A DNA stretch of 64,000 bases, taken from assembly GCA_963722505.1 (NCBI GenBank), contig CAVRMW010000008.1:801109-865108 (forward strand), given 5' to 3'. Source of the DNA: an uncultured Cytophagales bacterium (GTDB lineage: Bacteria; Bacteroidota; Bacteroidia; Cytophagales; Spirosomataceae). Numbering within the stretch: position 1 is the first letter of the stretch; the number at the start of each line of letters is the position of its first letter. Positions 14,901 through 24,855 of the stretch are shown here, piece by piece. The translations under genes were made by a program, and so were the position numbers. The notes under the pieces were generated by a model that was given only the letters and a program-made list of their open reading frames with translations, was not told the origin of the DNA and searched no databases.

Positions 14901-15164
14901 TGGTTGTACCTGTGCTCGTTCCTTTGATAACAACGTTAACACCCGGAAGGCCTTCAGCTTTATCTTTTTCAGTAACTTTTCCTTTGATCGTTCTGTCAGC
15001 AGTTTGAGTTCTGCCGGAGTAGAATTTGTTCCTTTTGCTACTGTTTTTTCAAGTCGGCCGTTGGCATATGTTCCAAACGAACATACAAGCGCAAGCAGCA
15101 CTAAGGTTGTTTTTTGCATGGCTCCTTTGAGAGACATGCTATTTCCGGTAATATTCCTTTTCAT
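11906..15164 (-). CDS. SusC/RagA TonB-dependent receptor, frameshifted; start may be 15284
   Basis: GRPG, IRIRGFSS, PLYVVDG, VLKDASSTAIYGARGANGVI, NPDLKWEKT, C-terminal YPKP...GLQIAF. Confidence 0.95.
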
Positions 15165-15443
15165 ACGGTTGGTTGCTTTAATTATGAAAATGTTGTGGTA
15201 TATTCTATTCACGCAGATGTAGTTAAAGTGAGTGGCATCTGCTGAACGCAGCCTGGAATTCTTTTCAGGGGAGTTTTCTTTCATAAGTAAATTGTGTTTA
15301 AGGTTAGAAATTGATTGGTACTGTATAACGATGTAACTTTCAAATGTTCAAATGCAGTGTCGTGCAGGCGAAATTTTAAATTTTTAATTGTGTGGCCTGT
15401 GCATTGTCTGATCTCAGCAAGCCAGTAATCATTGATAGATTTT

Positions 15444-15680
15444 TCAATAGGCAGCTTTTCGGGATGTTTTTTTCTTTGATTTCTTTAGTTTAATCTTAGA
15501 GCGTATTTTTTCAAATACAGCATTAGAATATTCATCATTTTTGGATTCCGGGAAGGCAGAATCGAGTTCGGGTTATTTTCAAACGATTGATACCAGGATT
15601 CCACTTCTTCACGCTCTTGTGATGTAGCAAGTGCCGTTTAAATATTTGTCCAAAAGCTCAGAAGGTATAGGTCTATTCAT
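15444..15680 (-). CDS. Short FecR-type anti-sigma N-terminal domain without TM/FecR domain (frameshifted or pseudogene)
   Basis: Manual minus-strand translation across two frameshifts gives MNRPIPSELLDKYLNGTC / TSQEREEVESWYQSFENN / ...SNAVFEKIRSKI; lies directly downstream of the ECF sigma. Confidence 0.6.
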
Positions 15681-15806
15681 GAATTCATTTGTTTCGGATA
15701 AAAATTAATCGTTTTAATGCAAAAAGAGCCTTTTGTACAAGGACGTACAAGAGGCTCTGATACCTTAGTTGGTTATAAAAAAAAAGAAAATATTTTTATT
15801 TTAATC

Positions 15807-16421
15807 CTAAATTAATTCAATTGTCTGGTCTAACAAGCTGATTAAGAATGAGAAGTAACAAGCTGCGGAAAATTCACGAAGTTTAAAACGTATTGTATTT
15901 CTTGCTTTTAGAAGATGACTTTCAACAGTTTTGGGAGATACCTTGGAAAAGTTAGCTATTTCCTGAATTGTAAGTCCGCTCTCGAACATCTCGTAGGTAT
16001 TGCGGCATTTGTCCGGCAAAACAGAAACACTCTTGTCGTATGCAAATTTCAAATCATTATAAGCAATTTCTTCATTCGTTGCTTGTCTGTCTTCATGCTC
16101 GGTAAAGTCGGCAGGATACTCGGAAATCTTTTTATTTGTACGGAAAAAAGAAATTACGGCGTTGCGCAAACACGTGTGTAAATACGCATCAAACGTTTTA
16201 GCAAGTGTAATTTGATGTCTTTTAAGCCAAATTCCAACAAAAAGCTCTTGCACTAATTCTTCTGATTGATCACGGTCGTGCAGCCTTTTGTAAGCATCGT
16301 TAAGAACTCTGTAAAAGTATCGGCGATACAGTTCTTCGAAAGCATGATGATTATCAAGCTTAACTTCGGAAAAGAGGTTTTCATCGCTAAATTCAATAAA
16401 CTGAATCCGCTTAGTTTTCAT
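15807..16421 (-). CDS. ECF RNA polymerase sigma-70 factor (Bacteroidota expansion type)
   Basis: AFEELYRRY, SEELVQELF..IW, LPDKCR, EIA...VSPKTVESHL.KA; hydrophobic tail. Confidence 0.9.
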   Translation of the reverse strand: MKTKRIQFIEFSDENLFSEVKLDNHHAFEELYRRYFYRVLNDAYKRLHDRDQSEELVQELFVGIWLKRHQITLAKTFDAYLHTCLRNAVISFFRTNKKISEYPADFTEHEDRQATNEEIAYNDLKFAYDKSVSVLPDKCRNTYEMFESGLTIQEIANFSKVSPKTVESHLLKARNTIRFKLREFSAACYFSFLISLLDQTIELI

Positions 16422-16559
16422 AATTTGCAATTTTTGCCAGGAATGAGAGAAATGTACTTTTGACAGTATATATTTCAAAATTTTAATAACTCATGGCAAT
16501 ATTAAAATAAATAAATAGAATATTTAAATACTATTTTAATATTGAGATTAAAACACTCA

Positions 16560-16573
16560 TGCAAACGTTTGCA
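16560..16573. promoter_or_regulatory. LacI-family-type operator palindrome
   Basis: Perfect palindrome TGCAAACGTTTGCA with central CG, ~140 bp upstream of the ECF sigma start. Confidence 0.65.
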
Positions 16574-16634
16574 AAAAAAATCTCCTGCCAAAAATTAACT
16601 GTTTGTTAAAACAGCAATTCTTAGCAGGAGATTT
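16574..16634 (-). terminator. Terminator after Gfo gene
   Basis: aaatctcctgc ... gcaggagattt inverted repeat, with a T-run following on the minus strand. Confidence 0.6.
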
Positions 16635-16652
16635 ATTTTTAAACTATATAAC

Positions 16653-17747
16653 TTAAACTAGATCAATTGTTTTTCCACCGTTACGTACGGATTCATCACA
16701 TGCAAATGCAATTTGCAAACTTGTAACTGCATCTTCCAGGTGATCAGTCAGATCGATATCTTCTTTAATTGCTTTCAGGAAATAAGCTTGTTCACGATTA
16801 CAAAGTTCCTGGTGATCCGGTTCGTCTTCCAGATTGATCCAGCTGTCTTCCTGCACAAATTCATCTTTATCATTCAAAGCTGCATGATGCACACGAATTG
16901 ATTCTGTTTTTGTATGTGCTTCAACCGAAGATGATTTTCCTGATCCACCTGCATCTTTTGCCACAATGGAAACAGAACCTTTTGGCCCGATTACATCTTT
17001 TACAAAAAATGCAGTTTCACTGATCATCGGTCCCCAGCCAGCTTCATACCAGCCAACCGAACCATCTTCAAACCAGATCTGAAGCTGGCCGTAATTATAA
17101 TTTCCTTCCGGAATATCATCCGTCAATCTTGCACCGATCGCATTTACACGAATTGGTTTCGAACGTGTCATCTGGCACATCACATCAATATAATGCACAC
17201 CGCAATCCACAATCGGGCTCAGGCTTTTCATCAGATTACGGTGAACAGTCCACATATAACCATGGCTTTGCTGGTTCAGGTTCATGCGCATTACCAATGG
17301 TTTTCCAATATTCTGGGCTTCTTTAACAAAACGTTCCCATGATGGATGATGACGAAGAATATAGCCAACCACCACTTTTTTGCCTGCTTCTTTCGCAGCT
17401 GCAACCACTCTTTTAGCGCCTTCAACAGAAGCCGCCAAAGGTTTTTCTATAAATACATGCGCACCCGACTGTAACGCCTGGATTGCAAAACTTTCATGCG
17501 TATCCGGATAAGTGGAAATACAAACCGCATCAGGCTTTGTCTCTTTCAATGCAGTTTCATAATCACTGAACAAGGCATAACCACCGCCAAGTTTTTCATT
17601 CAAAACTTCTTTGCTTTTTCCGGTTGAGACAATTCCGCAAATTTCAAAACCATCAGATAATTGATAGGCAATGGCGTGTGATGCGCCCATATTACCACAG
17701 CCGACCACCAGGACGCGCAACGGATTTTCATTCATTGAAGCAGACAT
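16653..17747 (-). CDS. Gfo/Idh/MocA family oxidoreductase
   Basis: VVGCGNMG Rossmann motif, EKP motif, DCGVHYID; intact ORF. Confidence 0.92.
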   Translation of the reverse strand: MSASMNENPLRVLVVGCGNMGASHAIAYQLSDGFEICGIVSTGKSKEVLNEKLGGGYALFSDYETALKETKPDAVCISTYPDTHESFAIQALQSGAHVFIEKPLAASVEGAKRVVAAAKEAGKKVVVGYILRHHPSWERFVKEAQNIGKPLVMRMNLNQQSHGYMWTVHRNLMKSLSPIVDCGVHYIDVMCQMTRSKPIRVNAIGARLTDDIPEGNYNYGQLQIWFEDGSVGWYEAGWGPMISETAFFVKDVIGPKGSVSIVAKDAGGSGKSSSVEAHTKTESIRVHHAALNDKDEFVQEDSWINLEDEPDHQELCNREQAYFLKAIKEDIDLTDHLEDAVTSLQIAFACDESVRNGGKTIDLV

Positions 17748-17963
17748 ACGAAATGTTATTGTTTAATGATATTGGGTTGATAGGAATATTAACCCCAAAA
17801 ATAAGGATTTAAATCCGTTTTAGGGAAAAATCCGTTCGAAGAGGTTCGGTTACAAGCGACAGCAATATTGCTGTAAAATGCAGCAAAAATAAAAATTGCA
17901 ATATCTTCTTTTATTAATGAACTAAAGGTTGCATAATGCACGAAATTTACCACCTCTTATCAG

Positions 17964-20003
17964 ATGACATACAGTTTAAGTACAGGTTTCCCCTCACTCC
18001 GAGCGGGAATGAAAATTAGTATATGCACTTTTCTGGCCGTTTTTCTCTTTCTGGCCAAGGCATTTTCACAGGAAGATTTTAAACCGAAGCTTGGCCAGAT
18101 TGATCGTGCTTCTCTTGAAATGACAGCTTATCCGGAGGATAGCACGGCTGATGCAGTATTTCTCTATGACTATGCCGATGTAAAATTTGGCTATCAGGAC
18201 AACATTGGTATCGTAATAACTTTCCGATACAGAGCCAGAATCAAAATCCTCAAAGAATCGGCTCTGGAAAGAGCTTCCGTATCCATTCCTTATGCGGAGG
18301 CAGGAAGTTTTGCCAAAGACGAAAATGTTTTTGAGATCGTGGGTTATACGTATAACCTGGTTGGGAACAATATTGAAACCACCCCTTTATCCAAAAAATC
18401 CATCGTGAATGAAAAGATTTCGGATAAATATTTCGGGTATAAATTCAACCTTCCAAACGTTAGAAAAGGATCAGTAATTGAGTATTCTTATACCAGGACC
18501 ACGCCTTTAAATTTGCGTGACAAGCCGGATACCTGGAATTTTCAGAGTACAATTCCTACCAAATGGAGTGAGTATAATATCACGATTCCCAACGTACTTT
18601 ATTACAAAATCAACATGGCAGGTTATGTTCCTCTTTACATCAATAAACGGCAGGATGTACCGATCAGCATTGGACATCCTCAAATTGATGGCAATGGAAT
18701 GTCCTATCGTTTTGTAGTAAAAGATGCGCCGGCGTTTTCAAACGAATCATTCATTACCACAGCGTCTGATTACCTATCCAAAATAAGTTTTGAACTTTCC
18801 AGTATCTCATTTCCAGGTGAAAAAATTAAGAATTACTCCCAGGATTGGAAAGATGTCGATCAGACTTTAAGGGATATTGGAAGCTTTGGCGGTCAGTTGA
18901 AAAAGATGGCTTTCATTAAGGAGATTAAGGATGGCATTGCAGCAAAGTCAACGGATCCGACTGAGAGAATGAATCTGGCTTATCAATATGTCCAGAAAAA
19001 TATGAAGTGGGACGAAAACGGCGGACTTACTTCCAAAGAAGGTGTAAAAAAGGCTTTTGACAACAAAAAGGGAAATTCAAGTGATATAAACCTGATGCTT
19101 ACCGGATTATTAAGGGAGCTTGGTCTTGAAGCAAATCCTCTGGTATTAAGCACGCGTTCCAATGGCCGGGTTTATGAGTCTGTTGCGCTTCTGGAAGGAT
19201 TTGATTACGTAATATGCCACGTTAAAATAGGTGATAAAACCTTTTTCCTTGATGCTACGCAGAAAAACATAATTCCGGGCGTATTACCAGAATTTGCGCT
19301 GGCGGGTATTGGGCGAATAATTCCCGAAAAAGGAGAAGGGAGTTTTGTAGATCTCACACCGAAACTTATGCTTGGCAGACTTGAAAAAATAGAGGCTGAA
19401 ATTTCACCTGCGGACGGAACTGTAAAAGGACAATATGCTATTTCTCTTGGCGGTTATGAGGCTATAAGATGGCGTGATAAATATGTTTTGGAACCAGAGA
19501 AAACCTACACCGACGTTGTTAAAAAGCAAAATCCGGAATGGGAAATGGAGAACATTAAAGTTGTCAATAAAAATGAAAAACTGAGTGAATCCGTTGAAGT
19601 AAGTTACGATTTTGAAATTGACAGCGACGGAGGATCGCCTGAGATTTTTTATTTCAATCCAATGCTTGCGGGCAGAGTTCGTGAAAATCCTTTCAAAGGG
19701 GCAACACGTATTTATCCGGTGGATTTTATAGCGGGAAGCAGCTCTTCTTTTATGGGGAATTTCAAGATTCCCGATGGATATTATCTGGAAGAAATTCCTA
19801 AGGTTGAAATTATAACGCTGCCCGAAAAAGGAGGAAAGTTTGCTTACCAGGTCAAACAAAACGAAAATGTGATATCTGTCCAGAGTCTGGTTATGATAAA
19901 CAAAACAAGCTTTTCCGCAGACGAATATGATTTCCTACGGGAGTTTTACGACCGGATTGTAAAAAAACACGCACAGCCACTTATTCTTAAAAAGAAGAAA
20001 TAA
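17964..20003 (+). CDS. DUF3857/transglutaminase-like/DUF3858 protein, catalytic Cys absent
   Basis: GSVIEYSY, W.FQ..IP, KKGNSSDINLML, FDYVI, LDAT. Confidence 0.85.
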   Translation: MTYSLSTGFPSLRAGMKISICTFLAVFLFLAKAFSQEDFKPKLGQIDRASLEMTAYPEDSTADAVFLYDYADVKFGYQDNIGIVITFRYRARIKILKESALERASVSIPYAEAGSFAKDENVFEIVGYTYNLVGNNIETTPLSKKSIVNEKISDKYFGYKFNLPNVRKGSVIEYSYTRTTPLNLRDKPDTWNFQSTIPTKWSEYNITIPNVLYYKINMAGYVPLYINKRQDVPISIGHPQIDGNGMSYRFVVKDAPAFSNESFITTASDYLSKISFELSSISFPGEKIKNYSQDWKDVDQTLRDIGSFGGQLKKMAFIKEIKDGIAAKSTDPTERMNLAYQYVQKNMKWDENGGLTSKEGVKKAFDNKKGNSSDINLMLTGLLRELGLEANPLVLSTRSNGRVYESVALLEGFDYVICHVKIGDKTFFLDATQKNIIPGVLPEFALAGIGRIIPEKGEGSFVDLTPKLMLGRLEKIEAEISPADGTVKGQYAISLGGYEAIRWRDKYVLEPEKTYTDVVKKQNPEWEMENIKVVNKNEKLSESVEVSYDFEIDSDGGSPEIFYFNPMLAGRVRENPFKGATRIYPVDFIAGSSSSFMGNFKIPDGYYLEEIPKVEIITLPEKGGKFAYQVKQNENVISVQSLVMINKTSFSADEYDFLREFYDRIVKKHAQPLILKKKK

Positions 20004-20015
20004 CGGATTGCAGTC

Positions 20016-21971
20016 ATGATCTTAATCAAAAAGTTATCGCCGTTTAGAAAAGTTGTTTTTCTTTCGTTTTGTCTGTCAGGAATTTTAAATCTTGCCTCGG
20101 CCCAAACGGATTTTAATGTCAGTAAAATCAATCCATCGTTATTGGTTGATGCAAATGCAATTGTCCGTTTAGACGAAGATTATTTTGAAATCCTGTCCAA
20201 AAGCGAAGCCAGATTACACCATCATTTTGTAGTAACGGTTTTGAACGAAAAAGGAGAAGATGAGCATAGCCAGATGGGTGTTGGTTATGACAAATTCACC
20301 AAAATCCTGAATATAGAAGGTGCGATTTATGACGCTTCCGGAAAGCTGGTCAAAAAACTGAAAAGCTCAGATATCAAGGATTATGGTTACGGAGCCATGG
20401 GTGATGATATTTCCGATGCAAGAATGAAACTGGCAGATTTTGGAAAAAAGAGTTATCCATATCCTTACACGATCGAATTTAGCTATGATACCAGGGATCG
20501 GAATATGATGTTTTATCCCAAATGGATTCCGCTGAATACAAAAAAAAATGCCGTTGAAAAATCCAGATTTAAAATTAAAACTCCGGCCGGATTTGTATTC
20601 AGATATAAGGAATACAATGGCGTTCCTGCGCTTAAAAAATCTTCGGATACGGACGGTTTGCCGGTTTACGAATGGGTTATGGAAAATAAACCCGTACTTA
20701 AAACTGAATCTTATCAATTGCCTGATAATGAGTTTCTTCCTATGGTTTTAACGGCGCCATCGGATTTTGAAATTCAGGAATATGCCGGAAATTTTAATCG
20801 TTGGGAGGATTTAAGCAAGTTTTATTTTATCCTGAATAAAGACCGTGATGTTCTGCCGGCAGCTACAATTTCGGAGATTAAAAATTCGGTAAAAGATTCA
20901 AAAACGGATCGGGAAAAGGTGCTGACACTGTATAAATGGATGCAGTCCAGAACTCGTTATGTGAGCATTCAGCTGGGAATTGGCGGATGGCAAACGATTG
21001 ATGCTACGACTGTTGCAAATAAAGGTTATGGTGATTGTAAAGCGCTGACCAATTTTATGATTGCAACTTTAAAGCAAGCCGGAATTCCTGCATATGCGGC
21101 TTTAATACGCGCAGGCGAAGATGCAGAACTGAATCCGGATTTTCCGAGCAGCCAGTTTAATCACGTCATTGCTTTTGTTCCGTTGCCAAAAGACACGATC
21201 TGGCTGGAATGTACGAGCCAGACTACCACTGCGAATTTCATGGGAACATTTACCGGAAACCGGCAGGCACTTTTGGTAATGCCCGAAGGCGGAAAACTGA
21301 TTGCTACCCATTATTATGATTCAGGCCAGAACCAGAGAAACCGGATAACTTCGGTGAAAATGGACGAAAACGGAAATGGTCATTTGCTGGTACGAACCGA
21401 ATACAAAGGTTTGCAACAGGAAACACGGGAGCAATTATTTCATAATTATAGTCAGGAAGAACAAAAAAAATGGCTGTTGAGTCATCTGGATCTGCCGAAT
21501 ATGGAGCTGGATAAATTTGAGTATGTAAAGGGAAAAGAAGTAATCCCGGTTATCTCTGAAAACCTGGATTTGAAAGTAAGAAACTGCGCGACAAAAACGG
21601 GCCCACGTTTATTTGTAAAACCAAATCTATTAACAAGACCGCTTGACTTACCCGCAAACACGACCGAACACACGGGCGATTTTTATCTTCCGGCATCGGA
21701 ATATGATATTTCAGATTCTGATAGTTTGTCATTTGAAATGCCTGCGGGTTTAAAACCTGAAACGACACTTCCTGCGTTTAAGATCGAATCTGTTTTTGGA
21801 TCTTTTGTTGTAAAAACTACATACGATAATAACAGACTTTCTTATTCCAGAAAAATGATCATTAAAGGAGGAAGGTTCGCGGCTGCGGATTATCCAAAAT
21901 GGATTGAGTTCATCAAAAAAGTTAGAAAAGCCGACCGTTCGCAGGTTGTTTTTATTGAAAGCAAAACATGA
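20016..21971 (+). CDS. DUF3857/transglutaminase domain protein with intact Cys-His motifs
   Basis: RYVSIQLGIGGWQ, GYGDCKAL, FNHVI, WLECTS. Confidence 0.9.
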   Translation: MILIKKLSPFRKVVFLSFCLSGILNLASAQTDFNVSKINPSLLVDANAIVRLDEDYFEILSKSEARLHHHFVVTVLNEKGEDEHSQMGVGYDKFTKILNIEGAIYDASGKLVKKLKSSDIKDYGYGAMGDDISDARMKLADFGKKSYPYPYTIEFSYDTRDRNMMFYPKWIPLNTKKNAVEKSRFKIKTPAGFVFRYKEYNGVPALKKSSDTDGLPVYEWVMENKPVLKTESYQLPDNEFLPMVLTAPSDFEIQEYAGNFNRWEDLSKFYFILNKDRDVLPAATISEIKNSVKDSKTDREKVLTLYKWMQSRTRYVSIQLGIGGWQTIDATTVANKGYGDCKALTNFMIATLKQAGIPAYAALIRAGEDAELNPDFPSSQFNHVIAFVPLPKDTIWLECTSQTTTANFMGTFTGNRQALLVMPEGGKLIATHYYDSGQNQRNRITSVKMDENGNGHLLVRTEYKGLQQETREQLFHNYSQEEQKKWLLSHLDLPNMELDKFEYVKGKEVIPVISENLDLKVRNCATKTGPRLFVKPNLLTRPLDLPANTTEHTGDFYLPASEYDISDSDSLSFEMPAGLKPETTLPAFKIESVFGSFVVKTTYDNNRLSYSRKMIIKGGRFAAADYPKWIEFIKKVRKADRSQVVFIESKT

Positions 21972-22060
21972 TCGTCAGCGTTCATTTTTTACCAATATTG
22001 ACATTTTCCTATTTTTGCAGTTGTTTCATAGCTTTTTAAGTATGAGGCAACTGCATTTAT

Positions 22061-22090
22061 GTTAAAATCTGTGTATTATTGATTAATACT
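22061..22090 (+). promoter_or_regulatory. Candidate AraC operator upstream of hydroxyproline operon
   Basis: gttaaaatctgtgtattattgattaatact matches 46665-46694 (upstream of AraC gene) at 25/30 positions by manual alignment. Confidence 0.6.
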
Positions 22091-22165
22091 AGAAATGTTT
22101 CCGGCAATTCAGCGAATTATCTTTGTTAAAAATTCAGAATTCTTAATTTTATCAAAACATATATT

Positions 22166-23104
22166 ATGAACAAGGCATCATGGCAGGGCATATTTCCTGC
22201 ACTCTTAACTCCGTTTAACGCTGACGATACAATCGATTTTGATCTGTTTGAAAAAAATCTTACGGCTCAGGTTGAAGCCGGAATTAGCGGTGTTATTGTT
22301 GCAGGATCGTTGGGAGAAGCAAGTACTTTGACAACCGAGGAGAAATTCGAATTGGTAAAGTTTGCTAAAAAATCACTTCCTGCCGGTATGCCGGTTGTAT
22401 TGTGTATCGCAGAACAATCCACTTTTGTAGCGGTAAACATTGCAAAACAAGCCGAAGCAATCGGTGCAGACGGATTGATGGTTTTGCCTCCGATGCGTTA
22501 CAAAGCGGACGATCATGAAACGGTTGTTTATTTCTCAACAATCGCGCAAAATACTGCTTTGCCGTTGATGATTTACAATAATCCTGTTGATTATAAAATT
22601 GAAGTAACCTTGGATATGTTTGAGCAATTGTCGGCTTATCCAAACATTCAGGCAATTAAGGAATCAACGCGTGATGTAAGTAACGTGACACGTATTTTCA
22701 ACCGTTTCGGAGATCGTTTCAAGGTTTTCTGTGGTGTTGATACGTTGATTATGGAAGAAGTGATGCTTGGTGCCGACGGTGTTGTTGGCGGATTGGTTGA
22801 TGCATTTCCAAAAGAAACAGTTGCGATTTTCAACCTTGTAAAAGCAGGTCAATATAAAGAAGCACTAGCAGTTTACAGATGGTATCTTCCTCTTTTGGAA
22901 CTTGATATTCATGCTAAACTTGTACAAAACATCAAGCTTGCAGCAACGCTTGCAGGAATCGGTTCTGAGTTCGTAAGAGCACCAAGATTGGTTTTGGATG
23001 GTGCAGAAAGAGAAAAAGTTTTAGCGATTGTTAACAAAGCAATTGAAACACAACCTGAATTACCTGAGTATCTTAATTTGGAAGCAGATTCATCTCTGGT
23101 TTAG
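22166..23104 (+). CDS. DHDPS-family lyase, probable delta1-pyrroline-4-hydroxy-2-carboxylate deaminase
   Basis: GSLGE, YNNP, IKES motifs; adjacent to hydroxyproline epimerase. Confidence 0.85.
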   Translation: MNKASWQGIFPALLTPFNADDTIDFDLFEKNLTAQVEAGISGVIVAGSLGEASTLTTEEKFELVKFAKKSLPAGMPVVLCIAEQSTFVAVNIAKQAEAIGADGLMVLPPMRYKADDHETVVYFSTIAQNTALPLMIYNNPVDYKIEVTLDMFEQLSAYPNIQAIKESTRDVSNVTRIFNRFGDRFKVFCGVDTLIMEEVMLGADGVVGGLVDAFPKETVAIFNLVKAGQYKEALAVYRWYLPLLELDIHAKLVQNIKLAATLAGIGSEFVRAPRLVLDGAEREKVLAIVNKAIETQPELPEYLNLEADSSLV

Positions 23105-23288
23105 TTTTCACTATACAGAATTGTCGGCGAGCATTCGTTTTATGTTTTTGATTTGATAAAAATCGGAAGCATAAAACGTAGCCAGATTTAATGATATCCA
23201 GTACTAAGCTATGAGAAGAGCTTCAAACGGAGCTTGACAAAGAAATCAAATTCTAAATGCTTAGCAAACAGGTAAAAGTTACAAAACA

Positions 23289-24767
23289 ATGGATATCTCA
23301 AAAGAAGAATTAAACAAAATAGTTGAAAAAGCGAACGAAGCTTTTTTGATAAGTAAGAAATTTTCGATTCAAAAACGTGTCGCTTTTATGCGTGCCGTGG
23401 CTGATGAAATTGAAGCATTAGGTCCTGAATTAATTCAGACGGCTCAAAAGGAATCCAATTTGCCGGAGGCTCGTTTGACAGGAGAAAAAGGCAGAACGAT
23501 TTTTCAATGGCGCAGTTATGCTGATGCTGTGGAACGTGGTGATTCTCTGGACGCAAGTATCGATACAGCCAATGCAGAACGTACGCCTCCAAAACCTGAT
23601 TTGAGAAAAACAGCAGTTCCATTAGGGCCTGTTGCTGTTTTTGGTGCGAGTAATTTTCCATTTGCATTTTCAACGGCAGGTGGTGATACCGCGAGTGCTA
23701 TTGCAGCCGGTTGTCCGGTCATTGTGAAAGCACACGAAGGTCACCCGGTAACTTCGGGAATTATGGCAGATGCCATTTCCCGTGCAGCTGAAAAAAGCGG
23801 AATGCCGGAAGGTACTTTTGCACATGTTTATAGCTCAACCTATGAAACTGGTCAGCAATTGGTAAGTCATCCGTTGATTAAAGCAGTTGGTTTTACAGGT
23901 TCTTACCGTGGAGGAAAAGCGTTGGTGGATCTGGCCAATGAGCGAGCAGAACCAATTCCTGTTTTTGCTGAAATGGGCAGTGTAAATCCTTTGTACTTAT
24001 TGCCTGGAAAATTAAGTTCAGCTCCGCAGGAACTGGCAAAACAATATGCCGGATCACTGACTTTGGGGGTAGGTCAATTTTGTACTAATCCGGGATTGGT
24101 AATTGGAATTGCTGGTGAAGAACTGGATCAGTTTATAGAAGCATTAAAAGGAGAAATTGTAAAAATTGCTCCTGGTGTGATGCTTAATAAAAAAATCGCG
24201 GCTGGATATTCTGAAAGTCGTGAAAAAGTAATCGGACAATCGGGTGTTGAAGTTCTTGCCGTTTCTGAAACTGAGGCAGCAGAAGGACAGGGAATTCCAA
24301 CAGTAGCAACCGTTGCAGGTGTTGAATTGCTTGTAAATCCGGCTTTGCTTCATGAAGTTTTTGGTCCGTTTGCATTAATCGTTCAGTGTAAAGATGCGTC
24401 AGAAATGTTGGCAGTTACTGAGAAAATTGAAGGACAATTGACGGTTTCACTTTTTGCAACAAACGAAGATCTGGCTACTCAGGAAGAAATTGTTTCTCTT
24501 CTACAAACCAAATGCGGAAGGATTTTATTCAACAATTATCCAACCGGCGTTGAAGTTGTGAAATCGATGCATCACGGCGGACCGTTTCCATCTTCAAGCA
24601 ACAGCGCATTTACTTCTGTTGGTGCCGATTCGATCAAACGTTTTGTAAGACCATTAAGCTTCCAGAACTGGCCGGATGAATTTTTACCGGAAGAATTGCA
24701 AAATGCCAATCCGCTGAATATCTGGCGGACGGTCAACAATGAAAAAACAAAAGAAGCAATAAGCTGA
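23289..24767 (+). CDS. NADP-dependent aldehyde dehydrogenase, alpha-ketoglutaric semialdehyde dehydrogenase type
   Basis: FGASNFP.AFS.AGGDTASA, GFTGS, AEMGS.NP, GQFCTNPG, HGGPFP. Confidence 0.9.
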   Translation: MDISKEELNKIVEKANEAFLISKKFSIQKRVAFMRAVADEIEALGPELIQTAQKESNLPEARLTGEKGRTIFQWRSYADAVERGDSLDASIDTANAERTPPKPDLRKTAVPLGPVAVFGASNFPFAFSTAGGDTASAIAAGCPVIVKAHEGHPVTSGIMADAISRAAEKSGMPEGTFAHVYSSTYETGQQLVSHPLIKAVGFTGSYRGGKALVDLANERAEPIPVFAEMGSVNPLYLLPGKLSSAPQELAKQYAGSLTLGVGQFCTNPGLVIGIAGEELDQFIEALKGEIVKIAPGVMLNKKIAAGYSESREKVIGQSGVEVLAVSETEAAEGQGIPTVATVAGVELLVNPALLHEVFGPFALIVQCKDASEMLAVTEKIEGQLTVSLFATNEDLATQEEIVSLLQTKCGRILFNNYPTGVEVVKSMHHGGPFPSSSNSAFTSVGADSIKRFVRPLSFQNWPDEFLPEELQNANPLNIWRTVNNEKTKEAIS

Positions 24768-24855
24768 TTACAAAAAGTCAGTTTGTAGATAACAAAGTAA
24801 CTAAGATTAACCGCCAAGCTAAAAGCCAATCGCTATAAGCTAACAGCTAAATAAA

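Noticed and set aside
23136-23178. Intergenic hairpin after the DHDPS-family gene as an ncRNA
   Set aside because: A simple stem-loop consistent with mRNA stabilisation or partial termination; no further evidence.
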